DNA of 64,000 nt from Adineta vaga (taxonomy: Eukaryota; Animalia; Rotifera). The stretch covers positions 4,216,001 through 4,280,000 of the forward strand of contig CP075494.1 in the NCBI GenBank assembly GCA_021613535.1. The letters run 5' to 3'. The position numbers were made by a program, and so were the translations under genes. Of this stretch, positions 25,058-37,996 are shown piece after piece; the first letter of the stretch is position 1, and each line of letters begins with the position of its first letter. The notes under the pieces were generated by a model that searched no databases, had not been told where the DNA came from, and saw only the letters and a list, made by a program, of their open reading frames with translations.

Positions 25058-25944
25058 ATGCGTACTGCTTTGGTAACTGGAGCTGCTCGTGGATGGGTCG
25101 TGCTATTGCTCTTCGTCTTGCTCGAGATGGTTTAAATGTTGCTATTAATGATCTGGAATCGAGTTCTACTGAACTCAAAAAAGTACAACAAGAGATTATA
25201 AACATCGGTCGAAAATCAGTAATTCTGACAGCTGATGTTACTCTTAGCAAATTAGTTGAAGATATGATGCAGGATGCAGCAGAACAATTAGATAGTTTAG
25301 ATGTAAATATACACTTTTTTTTCTTTTTCATTATTTGATTTTCTATACTATAGGTTGTTGTAGCAAATGCAGGCATTGCTAAATTTAAACCATTGATAGA
25401 GATGAGTACGGAAGATTGGGATGAAACTTTTGCCATAAATATGCGTGCTGTATTTCTTTGTTACAAAGAAGCCGCAAAAATTATCATTAAACAAGGAAGA
25501 GGAGGAAAACTTATTGGTGCAAGCAGTACTGCTGGATATAAATCATTTCCACTGCTCAGTCATTATTGCGCAACGAAATGGGGTGTACGAGGATTAACAC
25601 AAGCTGCTGCATTGGAATTAGCAACGCATCAAATTACAGTCAATACTTATTGTCCAGGTCAGTCGTCTTTTTTTTCTTAGCAAAATTTTCGATATGAAAT
25701 TGATAAGAAATATTTTGTAGGTTTTATTGAAACACCATTGACTGATAAATCGAATAAAGACATTGCAAAACTTCAAGGAAAAACCGTAGAAGAAGTTATT
25801 CAAGACATGATTAATATCACTCCGCTTGGTCGTGTGGGCCATCCAGATGATGTGGCAAATTTAGTTTCATTTCTTGCAAGTCGTCAAGCTGATTATATTA
25901 CAGGACAAAGTATTCTAGTCAATGGAGGAATGCACTTTTCTTAA
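25058..25944 (+). CDS. Short-chain dehydrogenase, acetoin/2,3-butanediol dehydrogenase-like; introns about 25303-25352 and 25658-25720
   Basis: [12 protein letters not shown] (NAD-binding), VVANAGI, YCATK (YxxxK), [18 protein letters not shown]. Confidence 0.85.
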
Positions 25945-26367
25945 TTGTTCAGACGTCATCATTCAATAAATAGATCGTGTGCATGAACACTTTAGCATAT
26001 ACATCAAAAGGCATACAAGAAAGAAAGAAACAAACAATTTTTTTTAATTTATATGACGCACATGATAATATGGTGCTTTTCAGTTCTTTATTTCTGTGCA
26101 AAAAATAGCATGTCCATGAAGCATTGTAGAGCAGAATACTCTCAAACACATATTCTATTGCTATTTTAACAAACTATCTTATCGCATTATACTTTCAAGG
26201 GCACACTTGTGACTGCTAATCTACATAAAGAATAACGACCTTTCAGATCAAAGTTATTAATTAATGAACGTACATGACTTTTTTTCATAGTAGTATTTAT
26301 GTTGTTCTTCGTTTTCTCTGTTATACTTAATCAGGAATCTTTATCTTTCCATTTCATTGTGAACATA

Positions 26368-27405
26368 ATGTTAGCATTTAGTGTCGATTCATCTCTTAAT
26401 ACAATGAAAGCTATTTATGATGATGGTATTGCTATACCACTTATTGTTCGTTATTGGCTTTTTCTCATTTCAAATATTCTCTCATTGCTCTGTTGTCTTT
26501 TCGTTCTTTATCATCTTCTATTTGATTCAACTCTTCGTCGTGGTTTGCATAATCATGCAACGATTGTTATTCTATTCATATGTATTCTATGGGAATTAAC
26601 CGATGTACCTTGGGCGATGCACATCTTTCTATACAATATTGCTTGGATTCAATCACCAATCTTTTGTATGATTTGGAAAATTCTTGATACTGCTTTGTAT
26701 ACATCAATAGCTAAACTTGTTGCTTGGACATCAATTGAACGGCATATTCTTATTTTTCATAAAAATTGGATTGCAACAAAAAGGAAACGTTATCTTCTAC
26801 ATTATACACCATTAATATTCATTGTCACTTACGGTCTTGTACTTTATGTAGTGATTGTTCCCATGAATTATTGTAATAAACCCTTCTATTATTTCATTCA
26901 AATGTGTGGATATTCAAGTTGTCTTTATAATAGTGCAACATTTACCTTGTATGAATATGCTAGTGGTGGATTATTATGTTCTCTATTAATTGGATTTGGA
27001 AGTATTTCTCTTATTTTACGAGTTATTTTACAAAAACGTCGTTTACAACGACATATTTATTGGCGAAAACATCGTAAAATGACATTACAACTTATATCCA
27101 TCACATCAATCTTCTATATATTATATCTACCTTCTGTAGTTTTAGCTACTGCTCGTCGACTTGGTCTTCCATCTTACATCGGAAGTGAATACAGTCGATA
27201 TGCTCCATTTTTTGCAAATTATATTATATTTCTATTTCCATTTGCATGCTTAAATTCATTACCAAAAGTTCGTACTCGAATACGAAATTCTCTTGCATAC
27301 TTTTCCAGGAGACAAACACGTCGAATTGATTTTCAAAAAGAACCTTCTAAAGTACTCACTGTTAAGAATCATAGTCGAACAAATCGACAAAAAAACAACT
27401 GTTAA
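26368..27405 (+). CDS. Class A orphan GPCR
   Basis: Seven TM segments, WTSIERH (DRY variant) and WRKHRKMTLQL. The start codon is approximate. Confidence 0.8.
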   Translation: MLAFSVDSSLNTMKAIYDDGIAIPLIVRYWLFLISNILSLLCCLFVLYHLLFDSTLRRGLHNHATIVILFICILWELTDVPWAMHIFLYNIAWIQSPIFCMIWKILDTALYTSIAKLVAWTSIERHILIFHKNWIATKRKRYLLHYTPLIFIVTYGLVLYVVIVPMNYCNKPFYYFIQMCGYSSCLYNSATFTLYEYASGGLLCSLLIGFGSISLILRVILQKRRLQRHIYWRKHRKMTLQLISITSIFYILYLPSVVLATARRLGLPSYIGSEYSRYAPFFANYIIFLFPFACLNSLPKVRTRIRNSLAYFSRRQTRRIDFQKEPSKVLTVKNHSRTNRQKNNC

Positions 27406-27433
27406 CTAAGCATATTTATTTCATGGAAATAAA

Positions 27434-27436
<3 letters not shown>

Positions 27437-27472
<36 letters not shown>
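27437..27472. repeat. (TC)n microsatellite, about 18 units
   Basis: Read directly from the sequence. Confidence 0.95.
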
Positions 27473-27477
<5 letters not shown>

Positions 27478-27689
27478 GTCCGTCAACTAACCTATGAACC
27501 AATCGATAGATATTTTCGTTTCACTTGAGTAAAATTCAACAAAAATGGTGAAAAAAAACTCATGAAGGATAACATTCACTTCTTTTTCTTCATGTGTTCA
27601 CATTGATTGGAAATAGTCCACTATATCATACAGTATAAATACGAAGATACTTTTCGTAATTATATAGACTCTATATTTCAATAGTTAAG

Positions 27690-28420
27690 AAATGATTATT
27701 GAACAGTTGAAGATTTAGCATGGATTGAACAATGGATTGGTCATGTTCTTTATTGGAAAGGTCAATGGACTGAAGCACGAATTTAATTACGATCAATCTT
27801 ATGATCGAATGATGAAAAATGATCCAAGCCACGTCTTAAAGATTCAGCTGTTCTAACTGTTCAATAGAAAATTGACGAAGCTTATGAATTTCATCACCGA
27901 GCATTAGCAATTCAAGAAAAACATCATCCATCTTCTCATAATCGTATCTATAGTGTTTTAGTACAAATTGGTCAATATTATTTGAATCAACATAAACTTG
28001 ATAAAGCAATTGAACGTTATTCTGAAGCATTAGTTTAAAAAAAAAGAATTTGATTCAAACAAATATCTGCTGTTTAGAATGGATTGGAAATTGTTGGTAT
28101 CGATAAAGTTGTTATAACTATACTATTGATTATCCAGAACAAATTAAAAAAATTAAAGAGTCTAGTTTTCCTTTAGATCATTTATCTATCGCTCGTACTC
28201 TTTCACATTTTAGAGATGTTTGTCAAAATCGATATTGATATGATCTCTCTCTCTCTCTTCAATATGAATTCAAATGCTTTCTAAAACGTGAAATTTTTTA
28301 TCCATATTGGCAAAAGTTTAGCAAACTTCGGTTTATCTTACAAAAGAATCAATGAACTAAACATGGCATTAAAATATTATCAACAAAGTTCATCTTATTC
28401 ATTGAAGGATATAGTAAATA
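27690..28420 (+). pseudogene. Degenerate TPR-repeat gene
   Basis: TPR-like pieces in shifting frames with stops: WIGHVLYWKGQWTEAR, AYEFHHRALAIQEKHHP, IGQYYLNQHKLDKAIERYSEAL, IGKSLANFGLSY...ALKYYQQS. Confidence 0.7.
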
Positions 28421-28684
28421 TATGCAACAGAATAATTATTCAGCAAATTTCAATAAGAATCAAGTATCAAGAGACTGACAGTAATTCTTTTGATGCACTT
28501 TTTCTCTAAAATATTTTATTGATGAGAGTCAATAAACTCCTATCAAACAACTGAAGTTCTTTCGATTATACATATGATTATAAATTGTCGTGTTTTTTTT
28601 ATGAGAGGATATATTATAAAAAACAAAAGGATCAATAAAATCATATATCTTGATATTCACGTGTTCTCACAACGATAATCAACA

Positions 28685-31600
28685 ATGAGATTTTGTTTGA
28701 TAACTTTTTTATTAATTCTCTTAAATATATCATTTAATTCGAGTTTAATCTGTTTTCAATGTGTTTGTTTTCTCAATCAATGTGAATGTGAACATCCCAG
28801 TGAAACAAATGAACATACTCATTGTACAATAACTCGAACAGATCCATTAGTCAATTCGATATCTCATCTAACTCATACCAAACATAATTCCACATTGGAT
28901 AATTATTACCTTATCGTCAAAAAATCGATTGTCTATAGTGAAAAATCGAAAGATTGGCTTATAAAACCTTATGAAATTATGTATGGATGTGATTGGGATT
29001 ATTGTAATGATCCAAAATTAATTTTGTTACTAACGGAAATATTGAAAGTAACAATTGATAGAACATGGTTTACGAAAAATATCTATGGAACAGGTTTACC
29101 AATGAAATGTTATGATTGTCAAGAGAAATTATGTAATAAAACAATTTATCCTATTGATTTTAGTCGTTGTCCAACTCGTACATGTGCAAATTTTGAAATA
29201 TGTCGTTTACATACTTTCATAAATAATGCTTTTACAAATGAACAATGTTTTCATGGGAAATGTATAACAGAAGATCATATTGATGAATCTAATGAATCTA
29301 GTGATGGAAAATATAAAGTTTTGCTTAAAATATTGATTTATTTAGCACAAAATCGTTCTGATTTTCATATATATGGATTAGATATCGTTTGTAATGCAAA
29401 ATATTGTTCACGAACAACTATTTTCGATGAAGTAAAACAACAAATCTTCATTACCATCGGCAATCTAACAGTATTTCCATTGATTCGACCAACGACAACG
29501 AGCACGATCACCACCACCACCAACACCACCACTCATAAATCAAGTATAAGTCCAACAACATCAATATCTTCTCATTTGAAATGTTACAATGGTTCTTCTA
29601 TTAACATGACAATCGGAGAATATTGGATCAATACCACTCATTGCATGATCAATTATAATGAACAACATGCTACTTTTTCATCGATTTCTTTCAATTCTTC
29701 TCAATCTTATGTTCGTGAATTTCCTTATATTCTTATTCAACAATCGATTATCTACAATAAAACTATTCATGATTGGAGTAATAAAACCGATTTCATTTCT
29801 TATGGTTGTAATTGGAATTTATGTAACGAACCTCGTCTCTTATCATCACTTTCTAACAGTATTCATCTTTCTTTAAATAAATCGTGGTTAAATGCCAATG
29901 TATTTGATCTTGGTTTCTCTACTCGTGATTGTAATCAATGTCCAAATAATCTACAATGTAGTACATATGAAGTATCAACTTTCGAAGCATGTCCAACTAA
30001 AAAATGTAATCATACTTGTTTTCTATCGAATATTTATAATCATATTGCAAATAATCAACAATGTTATCGATCATTCTGTGAATCATCTGATCCTGATCTA
30101 CGTCGTGTGATTATTCAAGGTATTTTATATTTAAATCGATCACAATTGAATGTTGAATTATGGGAAGTATATATACCTTGTCATGCAGCGGATTGTTCTC
30201 GATTGGAGATTTTTCGTGAAGTAAGTCAAGGTCGAAATTTCAAAGAAGATTTTTTTCACCTACTTTCTAGATTAATGATCAATTAATCGTACATACTGAT
30301 GATTTGAGTGCTTTCAATGGCATAGTCACAACAACAACGACGACGACGACGACGACAACGACAACGGCCACCACCACCACCACCACAGCCACAACAACAA
30401 CAACAACAACACCGACAACAATACCATCGTTTTATGATCGATATTCATGTAATAATTCAATGTTAGTACCAAGTTTGAATGGTTCCTGTGTTCCCATTCC
30501 TGATGCACACGTAATCTAATAAATTAATAGGAAAAAAGAATGTCATAATAATTATGTTGTTGTTAAAATTTTAGTATGAAGTAGTTGATTTTCTACTCAA
30601 TGAAAATAATACTGCAAATGTAACTGCAATTGCAAATGCGTTGACAGTTTATTTTGGTACAATTACTTCAATGGATATTATCGAACAAGAACAATTGAAT
30701 CGAACATTAACACCCGATTTAATTGATACATTAGTTGGAATTTTGAATATAAGTCTAATTCAAAATTCAACAACATCATTTCTTATATGTCGATCAATCT
30801 ATGAAGAAGATGTTCCATTAGGTATTTCATTTCAATCGGGTATTGGTGGTCAAATTATTTTGAATTCAACTGAAAATGATTTAATTCATTCAAATTTCAC
30901 TGCTGCAGTGATGATCAGTTCCGATTCGATTATTTCCAATGAAATAACGTATTTAAATATGTTTATCATAGATAAACCATCAATTGAATATTATCGTTTG
31001 AATAATTCGAATGAAAAACTTCTTTCCTCATCCATCATCGTCGTTAAAACCCAACAAAACTATTTTGAAACAATGAATGTCACGATTTATTTTCGTATTT
31101 TATCAGATATTGAACATGATGAAAATACTGGCGAATATTATTGTTCATTTTATGATATACATACATCAAGTTGGAATGAATCGGGATGTACATATCCGAT
31201 ATATAATTCGTATTTTCAACGATATGAATGTAATTGTGATCATTTAACATCATTTGCATTGATTTGGTTACCGAAAACTTTGGAAATCAATGAGAAAAAA
31301 TCTTTGGATCTTGAAGATATTTTTTCTCTTATGTTTCAATTGATTTCCATTCTTTGTTTTCTTCTTCTTCTTCTTCATAGTTTCATCAAACATCATTTTA
31401 TGAAAATTGAAGCACGTGATCTTTTACCATTAATATCTTGTGCAAGTACAATTTGCGTTTTTATCTTTTATATCGCACTTGTTTTAACTGTTTATACTCA
31501 AAGTACATCTTTCAATGAGAACAATTGTTTTCCTCTTGCTCATGTTCTGATGTTTATAGTTTATTTTCTTTTAATTTTTATGTTTTGTACGAAAACAAGT

Positions 31601-32203
31601 GTAGGTTACTTTAATTATCTGCGTTTTGTTCGTCCATTTTCACCGCCAACATTTCAACGATTACGTACATTAATTTTGATTTCATTTGTTATTTCGATTG
31701 TTTATGTACTTTTCGCTATTGGTTTTAATACAAAACAATCATTTCAAATTACACAATTGTATCCATATAGAATTTGTTGGTTTACAAAACATGTGATTCA
31801 TTATTTTTTAACGATTCCGATTATTATTTTTCTTCTGTTGAATATTATAATGATATTCTTAGTAGCGAAATGTTTAATTAATCATACACGAAATGTTATT
31901 TCATTGAATCAATTAAATCGACGAACAAAAATGTGTGTAATTGTTCTACTTTCATCATGTGTAACACAAGGTGTTGCTTGGCTTCTTGGTCCATTACTTT
32001 CTGTCATAAATTCAACAAATATTCACAGTTTATCCTGGCTGTTTATTATTTTCAATGGACTTGAAGGTTTATGGTCAATTATTCTTTACATAATTATTAT
32101 TCGGGTACAAAAATTTGATGGTAAACCAGATTTAGTTACAAGTGATACTCTAACAAAATTATCATCTGTTTCATCGAATCAACAACAGAAAAGAAAATTA
32201 TGA
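28685..32203 (+). CDS. Adhesion GPCR (duplicated Cys-rich ectodomain, Thr-rich stalks, GAIN/GPS, 7TM); introns 30221-30270 and 30511-30574
   Basis: Signal peptide; GPS CSFYD...WNESGC...CNCDHLTSFALIW; 7TM with ICW, QGVAWLLG and FNGLEG. The introns restore one frame across the three ORFs. Confidence 0.88.
30328..30420 (+). repeat. Coding (ACN)n poly-threonine tract
   Basis: ACA/ACG/ACC runs encoding a mucin-like stalk. Confidence 0.9.
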
Positions 32204-32349
32204 AACACATATGAAGTCACGCACGGAAAATAATAATGATGTGTTGTGTACTAAGTGTAAGTTAGTTCGTCTTTATTGTAAATAAAAAGTAATGAAAAAG
32301 AAATGTAGGAATAACTTTGTTTTTCTCGAATATTGATCATGTCTCATTC

Positions 32350-33636
32350 TTAACTGATAAGAAAAATTATTATGTAGATTATAATCATCATTGTCGAGGT
32401 TACAACTGATGTTGCTGATGAGTTTGCTGATTTGGTATTAACATATGCAGCAATACCAGCAAGTTTTGGTATACTTGTAGTATCACCTAATTGTGCCATG
32501 ACCATTCCATTTGCCGTTGCATTACCAATTGCATTTAATTGATAACCCGTAATCACATGTGCTGTAGTGCCTATAACATACAGATAATCTTTACCTGTCA
32601 AACTTATTACTGTTGCTTCAAGTGCACCAGTGTTGTTAGGCAGTTGATAGTATTGAATAATCTGAACAGGATTTGAAGTTGCACTGACATTAACCTTTAA
32701 TTCAACAATAGATGCTGTTCCGGCACCAATCACATAGTAAGTACCGAGATTTGGTGAGTAAGTTGACCAACATAAGGCACTAGCAAGTGTTGTATTAACT
32801 GGTGTTAGCATGCTGTTATTTAACATTCCAGTCGTTGATGAATAAGTCATTGTTAAAACACCGTCAGCACCTGGATCAGTAATTAATAGACCATTCGTAC
32901 CTACAAGAGTCATCGAAAATGGTAGAACACCACCCATTGGTGTCATTTGTATTGGTATTGTTGATAACGTAGTCTTATCACTATTCAACGTATAAAATAA
33001 GAGATAACCTGGTGATGTTGTATTAGAACCTTTGACTGAGATAATTAAGGCAAGATTATCTGCAGAGAATAAAATTTCACTGAATGTCTGTCGAGGACCG
33101 CTTGGTAGAGCAGTTTGTGATATATATGATGTCAGATTTCGATCGAATGACGTCACAACAAATAGACCAGATGAATTATAAGTGAAACAGCGAATACCTG
33201 TCATACTACCACCAGTTAAGACACATGCATACATATTATTGACAGTTACTGATACAGGAAATGAGCCATATGAAGATTGAACTGATGCTAAAGTCAATTG
33301 TGTAGCATCGGATGGATTGATCATAAACATCGATAATGAATTAGATCCTGGATTAACAGCAAATAAATAATTCGAATAAACTGCAAGTGCTCCTTGTGAA
33401 AATAAGGGATCGCCCGCTGTGGTATTAACACCAGTTCCATTGCTATTGACTGAATTTATCATTGTTAATTGACCACTTGCATTTACACAATGAACTAATA
33501 CTTGATTCGTATTTGCTCCATTTGACATTGTATAGACAGCGCCAACACAACCTGATGCTGTTGGATACAATGTTTGACCATCGATATTCTCTACTATGAG
33601 TAAAACAACTATCACATTGAGTGATATTAATCGCAT
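32350..33636 (-). CDS. Secreted, probably GPI-anchored lactonase-family beta-propeller (3-carboxymuconate cyclase-like)
   Basis: GAVYTMSN, DPLFSQGAL, LFAVNPGSNSLSMF, FPVSV, ALCW; signal peptide and hydrophobic C-terminus; intronless. Confidence 0.8.
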   Translation of the reverse strand: MRLISLNVIVVLLIVENIDGQTLYPTASGCVGAVYTMSNGANTNQVLVHCVNASGQLTMINSVNSNGTGVNTTAGDPLFSQGALAVYSNYLFAVNPGSNSLSMFMINPSDATQLTLASVQSSYGSFPVSVTVNNMYACVLTGGSMTGIRCFTYNSSGLFVVTSFDRNLTSYISQTALPSGPRQTFSEILFSADNLALIISVKGSNTTSPGYLLFYTLNSDKTTLSTIPIQMTPMGGVLPFSMTLVGTNGLLITDPGADGVLTMTYSSTTGMLNNSMLTPVNTTLASALCWSTYSPNLGTYYVIGAGTASIVELKVNVSATSNPVQIIQYYQLPNNTGALEATVISLTGKDYLYVIGTTAHVITGYQLNAIGNATANGMVMAQLGDTTSIPKLAGIAAYVNTKSANSSATSVVTSTMMIIIYIIIFLIS

Positions 33637-34523
33637 TTTGAAATTTAAGTAAGGATTCACCCAATCGAATATATATATATATATATTCAATAATGAGATA
33701 AACAAAAAGAGAAAAACACGACGATGATGATGATGATGATGATGACGAAGTCTTTTTTCGTCACAGTCTTCCTAGTTATAATTATATATATGAATACTCA
33801 TCAAAAGAGAAACTATTGAAAAACGTACCTGTAACTTTTTTTTCTTTTCAATAAGTATTCAGTGCTCGTCGTATCTATAAGAATGACGATGCAGAAAAAA
33901 CCGAAGAGAGAAAATATCCTTGAATGATGCATTTATATGTGTAAACGCCCATATTTTTATGAATATTGTGAGAAAAGAAAAGAATACAAGTTATAGAAAA
34001 AATTTGTTTTTAAGCCTGATCATATATGATAATGATCGTCTATGTAATGAAGTCACACTAACTACAATAGTATCTCTCAGCATATATTTTAAATAAATAT
34101 TCGATTATTCAAAACACATATTTACTCATTTTTGTTATCATCTATACAACGGATTATTTCTCTTTTCTTCTATAAGATAAATATTTTATCATAAAATTAT
34201 TCAACATTGTTTCCAGTTTTGTGAAGACTTGTGCAATTTTATGATTGGATGGGAACCGGCTTATATTCTTTTATAAATGCCCTGTGCACTTTCATCACTT
34301 ATTCATTCAATTGATTTGTTTATCTACAATTGCGATATTCATCAATCTTGGAAAGAAAAATTGTAAAAGTTATTTCATCACCTTGTGTAAATTATACGTC
34401 ATTAATAATTGTTTTTCGTTCTATTCTTTGTATGTATGTTGTCACATGGATGACATCATCGATATGTTACCTATTTCTTTATAAAAACAGGTAACTATAT
34501 TCGAAATAAACAGAACTACCAAG

Positions 34524-35478
34524 ATGGCTGCACTAAGTTTTAATAAAATGACCAAACGTAATGAATTGAATTATACAGATGCTTCATCCATAAATCGTTT
34601 ATCACGAGATAGATATGCAACTATTGCCGAAGATACTCTGAATAGATTTCAAACTGATTCAAATCGATCATATGGCAATCAACGTAGTAATTTACAAGAT
34701 AATGTCCGTTATTCGATTGATAATACGATTGTGTATAGAGAGAATGATTTAGAAAGACCAAATCAAATTCAATCGTCTGCATCGTCACCGATCTATGAAG
34801 TTCGTCATTGTACAACTTTACAAGCGGCTCAATCATTAGTAAACGAAGTTGATGATGAAAATCGTATTGGAATATTGAATTTTGCATCAGCAAAAAATCC
34901 TGGTGGTGGTTTTCTCAAAGGTTCAAATGCTCAAGAAGAATCAATAGCAAGAACATCGTCACTCTATTTAACACTTTCTCAAAATCGAATATTTCCTCAA
35001 TTTTATGGTTTTCATCGACAAGAAAAAAATGGACTTTATTCTCATCGAATCATCTATTCACCACGAATTACAGTTATCAAAGTAACGAGGAAATTAGCTC
35101 ACCATTCTTTAATATATTCGTTTTTCTACATAGGATGATAATGGTAAGTTATTATCTTCACCGTATCATATCGGGATAGTTACATGTGCCGCTCCAAATG
35201 CAAGTATTTGCTCTGCCGATGTTGAATTAGTTCGACAGACAATGAGAGAACGAATTGAACATTTATTAACTGTATTTAAAATACATCATCATGATATTAT
35301 TGTCTTAGGAGCATTTGGTTGTGGTGTATTTAGAAATGATCCATTGGAAGTTGCTACGACTTTTCGAGAACATTTACAATCGGAAAAATTTCGAAATTGT
35401 TTTAGTCGAATTATTTTTGCAATTTTTGATGTAGAGATGTGTCGAATATTCGAACGAGTATTCAATAGTAATGAATAA
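34524..35478 (+). CDS. TIGR02452/DUF2263 microbial-type poly(ADP-ribose) glycohydrolase (macrodomain); intron 35082-35133
   Basis: LNFASAKNPGGGFLKGSNAQEESIAR (GGG-x6-QEE catalytic loop), IYSP, VTCAAPN, LGAFGCGVFRND. Confidence 0.9.
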
Positions 35479-35495
35479 AATCGAATTGAACAATA

Positions 35496-35568
35496 AGGGT
35501 GTGGGTGTGGATGGATGTAAGAATCTTATTACAATCATCACTCTCACCTACTCACATCCATCCCAACC
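35496..35568. repeat. Dispersed GGGTGT-armed mini-hairpin (best copy; others at about 14538, 40082, 41221, 43220, 44165, 50045, 59179)
   Basis: AGGGTGTGGGTGTGGATGGATGT...CACCTACTCACATCCATCCC; related imperfect palindromes recur in intergenic DNA. Confidence 0.6.
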
Positions 35569-35960
35569 AAGCTTAGTAGTTATTACGACATCAAGATATT
35601 TGAATCTTTTTATATTTTACTTCAGGATATGATGGAGTAATCCGTTTTGGCTTCTTATTAGCTTTTGCGATTAAATGAAGCTTATATTATACATACACAT
35701 AGAATTATACAATTTTTGTAAACCATAAGAGTAGCCTTTTGTCGCTTTTGCATTTGACTTCTTTTCTCAACTTCCGATTTAGATATATGTTAAATATTTT
35801 ATGAAAACGAAATTTTCGCTAGATGTCTCAATTTTATTTTGTAAATCTATGACTCATATGAAAACATATTACAGAACATTTACTTCAGCCGTTTACGTTA
35901 AAAATAAGAAGAAAAAAACACGTTTTCTTTTCACTATAGTCGTCGACGAGCCATCAAAAG

Positions 35961-37598
35961 ATGGAAACTCTCCCCGATGAATTATTGTGTTTGATATTTA
36001 ATCATTTACATAAAATTGATTTATTTTATTCATTTCAAAATCTCAATCAACGTTTTCAACGAATAATCGTTCCTTATCTTTATTCAATTGATCTCACTCA
36101 AGAAACTATTTCTTACAAGCATTTTCTCATATTTCTTCAAGAAATACTTCCTCAACATGGTCATCTCATTCGATCATTTAAACTTGATAATCAACGCCAG
36201 TTAAAGTTAATTCTTCCTTATATTCATCATCTAACTCGTTTACAGTCTTTTACATTAAACATTGATCCTCCTACACACCACGTTGATGAATGTCTCAAAA
36301 AAATTCTTTCTATAAATTCATCACTTCAATCTCTGTCAATTCTCAATATTCCTCAAAGTTTAGAGAATATATCCTCATTCATAAAACAAGCATTAACATC
36401 ATTAACATTATTTTATCAATCTGATCTGAATTGTTGTTATCGTACACCGAAAATACCTTTTATACGATGTCTAACAATTAGTATAACATATCTCAATACA
36501 ATAGCTCAACTTTCTCAAAAACTGATCAATCTTGAACAATTAAATTTATCAATAATGTCTAATCGAGATTTAATAAATGTTCCATTCTTTGAAGTACCAA
36601 ATACATTATTGATATTAAAATTAGAATATCGATGTTTTAATAGAGATTCAGACAATATCAATTCGGAGAATTTAGAAAAGATTTTGAATATCTTCAAAAA
36701 TATTAACACATTAATTTTAATTATATTCAATGGTTACAGAGATTTATCAAATTATGATTATTTTCAGCATTTAATCAATGATTTTGTTCATCTTCAAACA
36801 TTTGAGTATTACATTGAAACTCAATATCAACCAGATGATCGTTTCATGAATATTGAAAACCATCCATTTCCTAATTACACAGCATCGACTCTTTCACAAT
36901 CTCGTTCTCAAAGTCGAATTCCATATGAATGTCAAGCAAACTTTCTTACATTACGTGATTTTCAAGAATTACTTCAATGTACAAAACTTGATGTTCATTT
37001 AAATCGATATTACATTACTTTTCCTTCATCTGAATTTCATGATCAAGTTCAATTTAACAATTTAAATACAATCATTTTTAATGCACAAAATGGTATATCA
37101 TATCCTCAAATAATGCAACATTTAATCAGTGTCATAAATCAAGCTCCTAATCTGCATATTATTGATTGTTATGGAAATGATTTGAGAGGAATCAAAGAAT
37201 TTTTACAAACAATGTTTCTTTCAAAAACATCCGCAAAGAAAATAACTCATCTTAAACTTATTATGGATCGATACTCTGGAGATTATTATACGGAATTCTT
37301 GAATGATTTGTCAACTATTTTTCCAAATCTGAAATTCCTGCAATTTCCATGTGTAGAAAAGTTTATATCCACAAATCCAACAACGTTAGCAGAGGTGATT
37401 GAGAATTTAAGAAAGTCTTTTCATAAACTTACTCATTTTAAATTACGAATTAATTCAGGAAATGATCCCAAACAAAATCCTTTTCAAACCTATAAAAGAT
37501 GCTTTAAAAAAGAACAAAATTTACATAAATCATTGTTTTACAAAGTCAAAAGAGAAACATATTGGCCTTTTGGTTATTCATTCCATATTTGGTTATAA
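35961..37598 (+). CDS. F-box/LRR-type protein
   Basis: METLPDELLCLIFNHL...YSFQNLNQRF plus LRR-like repeats; intronless, 545 aa. Confidence 0.8.
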   Translation: METLPDELLCLIFNHLHKIDLFYSFQNLNQRFQRIIVPYLYSIDLTQETISYKHFLIFLQEILPQHGHLIRSFKLDNQRQLKLILPYIHHLTRLQSFTLNIDPPTHHVDECLKKILSINSSLQSLSILNIPQSLENISSFIKQALTSLTLFYQSDLNCCYRTPKIPFIRCLTISITYLNTIAQLSQKLINLEQLNLSIMSNRDLINVPFFEVPNTLLILKLEYRCFNRDSDNINSENLEKILNIFKNINTLILIIFNGYRDLSNYDYFQHLINDFVHLQTFEYYIETQYQPDDRFMNIENHPFPNYTASTLSQSRSQSRIPYECQANFLTLRDFQELLQCTKLDVHLNRYYITFPSSEFHDQVQFNNLNTIIFNAQNGISYPQIMQHLISVINQAPNLHIIDCYGNDLRGIKEFLQTMFLSKTSAKKITHLKLIMDRYSGDYYTEFLNDLSTIFPNLKFLQFPCVEKFISTNPTTLAEVIENLRKSFHKLTHFKLRINSGNDPKQNPFQTYKRCFKKEQNLHKSLFYKVKRETYWPFGYSFHIWL

Positions 37599-37759
37599 TA
37601 AAATAAAAATCTCGTTGCATTTATACTCTCTATAGGAAAAAAAAAGAGATGAAGACATGATTTATGTAAAGATGTTATAGAATAGTAACGTCTCCTCGAA
37701 GAGAAGGAAGGAAAAAAGAACGTCGACTGATTGGAGACAACCTTGGTATTGGTGGGATA

Positions 37760-37790
<31 letters not shown>

Positions 37791-37996
37791 GAAAAAAGAG
37801 CGTCATATTTATTTCATTCGTAAACAAGTTATAAGGCAAGAAAGAGAAAGAAGAAGATTACATATATTTTTCTTCGGCGCGTGTTATTGTGCTCAAGAAT
37901 AGATTCCATCGAACTATTTTTATAACCTTAATGTGTTTGAAACGTTTGATCTAGAGCACGAATTATTTTCTTTGAAAAAAAAACAACCCCACCAAT

